Source: the human T2T-CHM13v2.0 reference genome, Homo sapiens. From it: DNA of 64,000 bases. Of this stretch, positions 54,424-64,000 are shown piece by piece. Below the pieces are notes generated by a model. The model was not told the DNA's origin. It saw nothing but the letters and a program-made list of their open reading frames with translations, and did no database searches. How positions within the stretch are numbered: position 1 is the stretch's first letter; the number at the start of each line of letters is the position of its first letter. The DNA is taken from NCBI GenBank assembly GCA_009914755.4, contig CP068257.2, positions 19,008,001 to 19,072,000 on the forward strand. Direction: 5' to 3'. A program made the position numbers and the translations under genes.

Positions 54424-55680
54424 ATACCCAAAACGGAAAACATCTCAACCCATAGCTTGCACCATATAAAAACTTAACTCAAAATGAATGACCTAAATAT
54501 ACAAGCTAAAACTATAAACTCTTAGAATAAAACATAGGATATAATAAAAATACAAAAATAGCAATAATGAAACCTTTGTGACTTAGTTTAGACCATGATT
54601 TCTTAGAATTAATACAAATTCATGAATCAGAGAAAAAAATTGATTAATTTGAGTTCGTCAAAATTAAAATTTTCTGCTCTTCGAAAAATAGTTAAAAAAT
54701 ACAAGTTACACACTTCGTATACAGAATATGTAATGCATTTTTAAAATTCAACAATAACAATCCAATGTTTAAACATGGAGAAACATTTTGAGCAGATATT
54801 CCAATAAAGAAACTATCCTAATGGCAATAAGTACACAATAAAATGCACAATGCAATTAGTGATATGTAAATTAAAATCACTATAGGAAATCCCTTCACAA
54901 CTCTTAGAATTAATTGGGGAAAAAAACCTGGCAATACCACATGATGGCACGGATGTTGAGGGTAACTGGAATGCTCATACATTACTGGTAGGAATGCAAA
55001 ATGGCACAGCCAGCTTGAAAAAACAGTTTGGCAGTTTCTTATAATGTAAAAACATGTGTGTATATATATATATATATATTCACTATAAAACCCAGTAATC
55101 ACATTCCTAAGCACTTACCCAAAAGAAAGAACCAAAAACATATATCCACACAATAACCTGTATTTGAATATTCATAGCAGTAATATTTATGATCACCCAA
55201 CACTGGAAACAGCTTCCTAGGTTCATCAAATTTTTAATGAGTAAGCAAAATGTTATACAGGAATATACAATGGAAGCCTACTCACCAATAAAAAGGAACA
55301 AATCATTGATAAACACAAGATGAATGAATCTGTGATATTATACTGTGTGAATAAAAATCTCTCAAAATGTTACCTGATGTATGATTCGCATTAATGTATG
55401 AAACATTGTGTGAAATATAAAATTCTAGGAAAAGGTGAAAGTTTGGATGTGATCCAGGGGCTAGGGTTGGGGAAAATGATTCATTACACAGAGACACATA
55501 TAAACTTTTTGAAGTGATGGAAATCCCCTATATATTGTCTGCATTGGTGATGACACAACTATATGCATGTTTTTTTCAAATTGAATAGAACAGTATGCCT
55601 AAACTAGGTGACTCATATTGTATGTAAATCATGCTTCAGCAAACCTGACTAAAAATAAGTACCACTAAATAATTATTTTC

Positions 55681-55705
55681 ACCACCACCACCACCACCAC
55701 CACCG
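55681..55705. repeat. (ACC)8 trinucleotide microsatellite.
   Basis: 'accaccaccaccaccaccaccaccg'. Confidence 0.9.
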
Positions 55706-55910
55706 AAACCACAGTAGGTCCTGTGTTACAGGTAGATAGACATGAGCGTGGCACGGGAGGGCTCTCCCCACCCACTGGAAACGTCGGGTGATGGTTCAGC
55801 AATTACTGCATTGCCTCTCTAAAAGTAATGCATTGGCAGCCAGCACCAAGGAGAGGCCATTTCCTGATGGTCCATACTTGTTAACATTAAAGTGTTAATT
55901 AAAGGTAGAC

Positions 55911-55961
55911 ACCACCCCCCACCCCCCCACCCCCCCCCCCCGAACACACACACACACACAC
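55911..55961. repeat. Poly-C tract interrupted by single A's, followed by (CA)n.
   Basis: 'accaccccccacccccccaccccccccccccgaacacacacacacacacacgcc'. Confidence 0.9.
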
Positions 55962-56253
55962 GCCTCCCTGGAGTACCAACTTCCCTGGCACTCACATTAA
56001 GAGACAAAAATGGTGATGTATGATCTTCCGGGTACACTCCACCAGAAAAAGGAAGACAGCCTTAGAATGGCACTCGTGTAACTCCCTAAACACACTGTGG
56101 GTGCTTACTTCCCAAGGGTAAGGAGGGCTCTGTGCATGCGGGCAGCCCACCCTAAGCTAAGGGAAGAATCATGGAAAAGAGGAAAACCTCTCCTAAGATC
56201 GTGGTTAAACAGGGCACTTGACCTTCTCTCTCTTCTTTTTTAATCTCTTGCTC

Positions 56254-56558
56254 TTTTTTTTTTTTTTGAGACGGAGTCTCGCTCTTTCGCTCAGGCTGGA
56301 ATGCAGTAACCAATCTTGACTCACTGCAAGCTCCGCCTCCCGGGTTCACGCCATTCTCCCGCCTCAGCCTCCCGAGTACCTGGGACTACAGGTGCCCGCT
56401 ACCACGCCCAGCTAATTTTTTGTTGTTGTTGTATTTTTAGTAGAGACGGGGTTTCAACCGTGTTAGCCAGGATGGTCTCGATCTCCTGACCTCGTGATCT
56501 GCCCGCCTCGGCCTCCCAAAGTGCTGGGATTACAGGCATGAGCCACACCACGCCCGGC
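56254..56558 (-). mobile_element. AluY SINE, antisense. TSD ~15-16 bp: 'tttttt aatctcttg' at 56235-56250 versus 'ttttttatctcttgg' at 56563-56578, with one indel.
   Basis: Poly-T, then 'gagacggagtctcgctctttcgctcaggctggaatgcagtaaccaatcttgactcactgcaagctccgcctcccgggttcacgccattctcccgcctcagcctcccgagtacctgggactacaggtgcccgctaccacgcccagctaatttttt...ggtttcaaccgtgttagccaggatggtctcgatctcctgacctcgtgatctgcccgcctcggcctcccaaagtgctgggattacaggcatgagccacaccacgcccggc'. The 'gtgttagccaggatggtctcgatctcctgacctcgtgatc' region is diagnostic of AluY. Confidence 0.9.
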
Positions 56559-58289
56559 TCCCTTTTTTATCTCTTGGACGTTGGTGCCCACTCGGATCTC
56601 TTCCAAGCAAACTTTCCTTTCTTTCCTGTTCTAAAGTCTTTTTAATAAACTTCCATTCTTGCTCTGAAACTTGCCTCAGTCTCTTTTTCTGCTTTATGCC
56701 CCTCAGGGGAATTCTTTCTTCCGAGGAAGCAAGGGCTAAAGTTGCTGCAGACCCTCACGGACACACCGCAGGTCACTTGGGGTAACTCAGATTCCTGCCA
56801 ACAGTAACAGTTCTTTTGTATTCACCTGTTGTCAAAGTAAGACGTGCTTATTCAAATCTTCACGTTTTTGAGGTTTATGCTCAGGTCAAATAATTTTTTC
56901 GAGCTTCTCACCCATGTATCCAACTGCCTACATGTTATTTTACTTTATGTGTCCTATAAGTAATTCAAATTTATGATATTCAAAACAGAAATCATTCTCT
57001 CTGCCACCCCTTCCTGAAATGTTTCCCACCCTTTCTTTCTCATCTCATATCACAGAATCAGTTATTCAAACTGGGATTCTGGATACTAGGATTGTTTCCT
57101 TTTTCTCCCTTTCTCTGTATTTAATCAGATCCAATCTGTACCTAATACATAGTAGACACTCAAAATATGTTTCTGAATGAATAAATAAAGAATTCTGTTC
57201 CTGGGAATAGAACAAATGTTTGAATGGTACTAAAGACAGCCTGTGCTTTCAGAAAAGCATCATGAAACATTAGCTCTGCGTTTAGGAGCAAAACCGTGCA
57301 ATTAAGATCAGAGCGTGGGGGAAGGGAGTCAAAGTTACTCTGCTGCTGAGATGCACGAGTTAAATACTATTAGAGAAATAAGAATAAATTGATTGAGGCA
57401 AAAGTGTCATAAACTCTTCCGTGTTTATCTCCTTAGGTTTTATGCTCTGCATCCTAGGTCTCATTTATAATTCTTATATCTGTCTCTACTTATGAATTCA
57501 TAACTGCTTTGTTCTCTCAAAGGCACTCCATTTCTCTACATTTTATGCCTGGCTTTGCTAAATCAATTAAGTTCAATTGAATTTAGCTAAATAAGTCACA
57601 AAACTAAACCCACAAGACCACATTAACAAAGACATACTGCTGCATTCACTCTCAATGAATATTTAGTAGTATCCATATTTCCTCAATCTGAAAGCTGACC
57701 TGATTTATTATCTAAGTCCGTAAATAGAATAAAATTGATTAGTCTTAAAATAATAGCCACTATTATCTAAAGGGAAGAAAAATGTAGTAAACCGAAGAGT
57801 GGTATTCATGAGTCTGTCCCGGTCACTTGAAAATAAAATTTCAATAGGTGTCCAAGCAGGATGTGACAAGCCTTCCCTGCCTTCCCTCCCCTGTCCCTGT
57901 TTCAGCAGAGATCAGTCTGCACTTTGAAGCTGCAAATGGCATGTGAGTTGTTTTCACAAACCCATGATGGATAATGGCTAATGGGTAGTACTGTGGTAAC
58001 AAAGCACTAAGTTTTGAACAAAATAGCTGTGGGACTTGAGGATATTTTAGTGCTTCTTTTGCTTCACAAACGCACCAAGTTTCCTAGAAGAACTGGCCAA
58101 TAAAACTGCCAGAACAGGGAAGGTCAAAGCACAAAAGAACTAATAGGATCTCAAGGGAAGAGTGGTACAGCTGGTGGTTATTACCACTCATGCCTAGACC
58201 AGGAGGTCTGTTAAAAAAACAGAACTCTTTGCAGCAGGCAGAATAAATAAACTTACTCTACTCCATGTTGATGCTTCTTTCAGATGATC

Positions 58290-58560
58290 AAGATGGCATT
58301 TTCCATTTTTTAAATTAATGTATTTTTATTGATACATATTAGATGTGTATATTTTCAGGGTACGTGTCATAATTTCATAATTCATATAACCAAATTGGGG
58401 TAGTCGTGATGTCCATCACCTTAAACATTTATCTTTCCTTTCCACTAGGAACATTCAAATTATTCTTTTCTAGCTATTTTGAAATGCACAATTGGTTAAT
58501 GTTCGCTATAGTCACTACTGATCTATGGGACACCAGGTCTTATTTCTTTTAAGTGTATAT
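58290..58560 (+). mobile_element. L1 3'-terminal fragment of the same old family as 5830-6080.
   Basis: '...tatattttcagggtacgtgtcataatttcataattcatataaccaaattggggtagtcgtgatgtccatcaccttaaacatttatctttcctttccactaggaacattcaaattattcttttctagctattttgaaatgcacaattggttaatgttcgctatagtcactactg' is paralogous to 5870-6065. Confidence 0.5.
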
Positions 58561-58924
58561 TTGTACTCCTTAAGGCTGCACCATTTTCTTCCTTTAGACT
58601 GAATTAAAATAGCCATCCTTTCAAACTTTTCTAAACGTTCCCTCAGGGGAGGGCATCTGTAATTTGGGTCATTAATGGCTAAAAAATCCAAATTAATAAA
58701 CATTAGACAATGCAGCGGACAATTTAAACTAATTTAAATTATCAGATTATTATTTTATTACAGGCTATGGTCTATATTCATAGATTTCCATGGACAGTTA
58801 ATAATAATATATTTTAGGGACCTCTTTCTATAGGTTAGATTTTGCATGGATTAATTAATCTTTTCCTTTGGCTATGTATTATTACTTTTTCTTATTAAAA
58901 AAAAATAAGATACTACTAGCTACT

Positions 58925-59035
58925 GTGTCTCACACCTGTAGTCCCAGTGCTTTAGGAGGCCAAGATGGGAGCATCACTTGAGGCCAGGTGTTCAAGACCA
59001 GCCTAGGCAATATAGCAAGAAACCTGTCTCTATAG
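58925..59035 (+). mobile_element. Alu left-monomer-like fragment (FLAM-like).
   Basis: 'gtgtctcacacctgtagtcccagtgctttaggaggccaagatgggagcatcacttgaggccaggtgttcaagaccagcctaggcaatatagcaagaaacctgtctctatagaaaac'. Confidence 0.55.
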
Positions 59036-59662
59036 AAAACATAAGTAAATAAGATACTAAGAAAGATCTCTAAGAGAGAAAGAATAAAATCTGCCAATTA
59101 AAGTGATATAATTTCTTATTACTTAAAGCTTTTTCTAAAAAAACTACACCGATTTTATTAATCAGCCATCATCATTGTACACATATAAAATAGAAATATA
59201 ATTCAAATTAATTAAAGTATTACTAAAATGCATTACTATTCAAAATCTAATTGTTAATTACTTTTCTGTCCAGGTCTGTCACGTGAGTTGACACTATCGT
59301 CTTCTCTGCCAATAAGAGTTTTAGATGTAGCATTTATGAAAATGCATTATGATATAACCAAAAGCCAGTAATGGTGAGCTCTTAAGATAACTTCATCAAA
59401 ATCCCACTTTGGGATTATTGCTCAACTGCTTGATTCATAACCGCTCCCCCCACCCATGCCTTCCACTGTAAATTCTGAAAATAAAAAGAAAATTCCAGTG
59501 TCGTCATTTAGATTTTCTTTAATGCCTCTGCCATCCACATCACAAACTTTGAAACTGGATATTTATTATTTTTAAAAAATTTATAGGCAGTGACAACTAT
59601 GCCATTATTACTCTCCAGCTGACATCAATTTGAAGACAGTATCAATTAAAACATGCATCCAA

Positions 59663-59954
<292 letters not shown>

Positions 59955-60512
59955 GTTCTATCCTTATATCAGATGTTATGGTTAGTGTACACATACTTTA
60001 ATGCCTAGAGATATGTAGTTAGTGAAATGCTCAAGTCAGAGTTCAAAAAGAGGCCATCAAGCCCAAGCCCAAGATTAGAGCTATCTTTACACTTGCATAT
60101 TCAATATTCTGGATGGGGGGAGGGGAATGGGAATTTTAAATAGAATTGGCCTCCAACTCCTTTCCCAGAATAATTTCTTCTACACTTCTTAAATGCTATC
60201 CTACCTGTCAGGTACAGAGCACCAGAGTATTCCAGCCATGTGAGATTTCCTGTTTTCAACTCACAAGTTCTTTCTTGCTTCAGGTACAATTGCCTTAGAC
60301 AGGGTATTGCTTGCTGTAATAACAAATAGATCTTTAAAATAAAATAGCTTCCAAAAGAGTTTCATAGAATGATCTTGGGTGGAATTCTATAAAAGTCTTC
60401 AGGAGTCACAGATGATGAAACAAATCTGCAACCGATGGTTTCCAAGGCTGTTTTTATCTTATAAATCAGAACAATGGGTGATTCCTAGTCACAACATTTA
60501 TGGAATTAATTA

Positions 60513-60570
60513 TTAGGCTGGTGCAAAAGTAACTGTGCTTGTTGTCATTAAAAGCAATGGCAAAAACTTT
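60513..60570 (+). mobile_element. Hsmar1/MADE1 mariner terminal-inverted-repeat fragment (~5' half of MADE1), preceded by TA at 60511-60512.
   Basis: 'ttaggctggtgcaaaagtaactgtgcttgttgtcattaaaagcaatggcaaaaac' versus MADE1 'TTAGGTTGGTGCAAAAGTAATTGCGGTTTTTGCCATTAAAAGTAATGGCAAAAAC'. Confidence 0.6.
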
Positions 60571-60884
60571 GTTCACTTATCCTGAATAAAATACAAAAAT
60601 GTTATTCTTGGTGAATCAACTCTCTATAGAAGTAAAAAATAGCCCCTCATCTCCACTATAATTAGCATGTTGAAAGCGTTTGCCTTTCAATGAATAATTC
60701 CTGCTGATCCAGTTAAACCAAAGTAAAATTAGGAATCAATTGCTACTTTCCTTTTTATTCAAGAACATGTCCTCTTAGAAGACAGAAAGGGTTATTTCAT
60801 TTTTAGTAGATCGGTGAAGATGAAAATGATGGCAATATATGAATGTGTACCTAATTGAAATGATTTAATGAAAAAAGAAAGATT

Positions 60885-61700
<816 letters not shown>

Positions 61701-63489
61701 GATCATATAAAAGATATCATATATCATACAAGATCATGTAGATGACAGATGGAAAGATGGGGATTCCTAATGTAGTGATCTCACCCCAAATCAATGAACA
61801 CTTCTAAAGTTTCTACATAAAAACAGGTTTTCAGGGGATACTCAGGGTTGTATACAATTATGTTCTTCAGGGTCTGACAACAGATAAAAATGCTATCTAA
61901 TAATAATAAAAACAACAGAAATCTATGCATTTTAGAGTACATCCACATATAACATCTCACCCTGGATTCACACCACAATTTTTTTTTTATGTTAGGACAA
62001 GTGTTATTTTTATGATTTTACAAATAAGGCAGCTCTGGCTCAGGTCAAACCATGACTGACAAGTTCAAGAATTCAACTCCAAGGTTTTCCCCGACATCAT
62101 TTCTATCATTACTTCTTAGAGGAGTAAGTCATGGGTGAAGTCATTCATTTGCTTCTGGGAGCCAGCTGTGAAAAAACTGCATGCATCACGAATCGTCTAA
62201 TTCCTGAAGCCAATAATACCTGAAGTCATTTTATATAGTTTACTCACCCAGATGTTACCTGCAGTATATGCACCTTGTTTCATGATGGTCCCTGGTAAAG
62301 TAATCTGCAGTATACAGCCATGGTCCCCCAAAACTTGGAATTAGGCCTTGCTTCTTTTCCTGGCTTTAATGGCCTTTTGACTATTTTTCTCCTGCATTGT
62401 TTCACATTTACTTCAGTTCTACTCTGTATTCCAAACAAAAAATGTTCTCCCTAATCCCTCTGTTTCTTTGTTGGAAATTTAATGCTTCTATGTTTTCAAG
62501 ACACAGAGGTAGCATAAAAGCTTAAAACCTCATATTGGTCCATACCTCTTTAGGAAAGTATCATGCCTCTATAAAATTGCCCTATTCTGATCCTTCTGAC
62601 TATTCTTCAAATGAAAGAGTCTGCCATATCATGAACTTTTTCATTGAAAAACTTGGCTTGGTTTAAATGCCCCCTTTCAGTAATTTTGTGGTAAAATGAA
62701 TTGAATTGTCCAAAAATGACCACAGGAGCTCACTCTAGATTTCTTGGACAAACAGCCAATTAAGATAGTTGGGAATAACACTCCAGTCTCACCCTATTCT
62801 CTCATCAGAAGGAACTACACCCAAATCTCAGCTTCCCACGTAAGAAGTCGCTGCCTTTTCTTAACAAGGGAAATTATAACATCTCATGGGCCCCAAGCCC
62901 TCGAGGAGTGTGTGGCTGGTATTCCCAAACAACGCCTATCAATGGCTGGCATCAAAATTCCAGACTGCCTGAGACCAGGTCCCCTTTGTTTTCCCCATGT
63001 ACAAGATAACTTTCTCACATTTGCTTCATAAAATGAAAATTAAAGGGAAGGCGATGTCTCTCCCCTAGAACATAAAATACCCTGTGGGCCCATGAGCATC
63101 CCAGGCCCTGACAAGCCTCTCTGTCGAGGGACCAGGAAAATCTGGGGTTTCTCTTTCTTTGCTGACCTGGCCTTGCAAATAGGACTTCACGGAATTCATC
63201 CAGAATCCTACCCACATGAGAAAGTTGACAGACCCAGAAGAAACCTATTTTGCACAACACAATGGTTTGCAAGCTCTTACTTCTGATAGCTAAATGATCG
63301 TGCAACACAGCCAGGCACAGAGTGAGTGATGCAGAAGCAGTACGCACTAAATGTTATGGCTTTCACCTTCTAACCAGTATATGGTTACCAAAATAAAAAT
63401 AAAACTAGCAAATCTCACCATTTATCCCTAAGCTACCAATTCCTTTTATTTGCCTAGCTTCCCTAGAATAGTGGCTTAATTAGAAATAA

Positions 63490-63868
<379 letters not shown>

Positions 63869-64000
63869 TATTGGGACATTTAAAACACTCATTAGGAAAC
63901 ATTTCATGTAAGTGCTATTTATAAAAAATTTATGCCATTATTTCTATCCAAAGTAGATGCTTCCTATCACTAGAGAATACATATTTCAACCTGTCATAAT

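Larger units (their letters stand above)
50245..55680 (+). mobile_element. Ancient L1 (L1M-type), from the ORF1 region through ORF2. It is split by a nested THE1 element at 52112-54423. The L1 segments are ~50245-52111 and ~54429-55680.
   Basis: ORF1-like 'gatgggataccattaagcatatcaacatgcacataaagagaatcccagaaggaaaggagagagaaagaagaaaaaactatttacagaaattacccaaactttccatatttgatgg' matches L1 ORF1 'gacttatgggacaccatcaag...attatgggagtcccagaaggagaagagagagagaaagg...gaaaacttcccaaatttgatg'. ORF2-like 'aaaccctgaatagccaaaataatattgggaaaaaagagcaaatttggaagagtcctacatttcaattttaaaacttactataaagctacagcagttaaggcagtatgatactgacataaggaatagaatagagaacctagaaataaattctcccatctgtggtcaattgattttcaataaagtttccaagaccattcaatgtgg' appears before the insertion. 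Contiguous L1 sequence resumes after it ('...aaacggaaaacatctcaacccatagcttgcaccatataaaaacttaactcaaaatgaatgacctaaatatacaagctaaaactataaactcttagaa'). There is no intact ORF. Confidence 0.75.

Noticed and set aside
55730-56800. Possible ERV LTR. It has 'ctttttaataaacttccattcttgctctgaaacttgcctcag' after the AluY and GC-rich sequence before it.
   Set aside because: The AATAAA plus downstream GT-rich R/U5-like pattern is suggestive. I could not recognise the family or find TG...CA boundaries or TSDs. I left it unannotated.

Overview
This window is primate, almost certainly human or great-ape, nuclear DNA. It is AT-rich, carries about 20 Alu SINEs including AluY copies, and has no CpG island. I found no convincing protein-coding gene. 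The longest ORF in the six-frame track is 157 aa, and nearly all ORFs of 60 aa or more lie inside repeats; many are the familiar 'Alu peptide' translations such as ...[26 protein letters not shown].... Roughly half or more of the sequence is recognisable interspersed repeat:
- about 20 Alu elements, several AluY with perfect 15-16 bp target-site duplications (TSDs);
- seven L1 fragments, one carrying an internal deletion and one split by a nested LTR element;
- two full-length MaLR retroelements (LTR-internal-LTR) with 5-bp TSDs, plus several solo MaLR/THE1/MST LTRs;
- a nearly full-length Tigger1 (pogo-family) DNA transposon with decayed transposase ORF remnants;
- a MADE1/Hsmar1 TIR fragment and a probable MIR;
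- many microsatellites, mainly (CA)n, (GT)n, (TA)n, (CT)n, (CAC)n and poly-C.
The features worth a second look are structural rather than coding:
- a ~935-bp composite at 16.6-17.5 kb, with ~240-bp inverted-repeat arms around a GC-rich LTR-like core;
- a 72-bp AT-rich near-perfect palindrome inside a compound microsatellite at 12.0 kb;
- an Alu whose 5' 69 bp is inverted relative to the rest, which looks like twin priming;
- nested insertions that give relative ages (AluY into an MST LTR, THE1 into L1 ORF2, Alu into an L1 3' UTR);
- a 31-nt C-rich tract whose complement is a G-quadruplex candidate.
I see no prokaryotic-style gene system or other novel biological system here. The window reads as an intergenic or deep-intronic, transposon-rich region.
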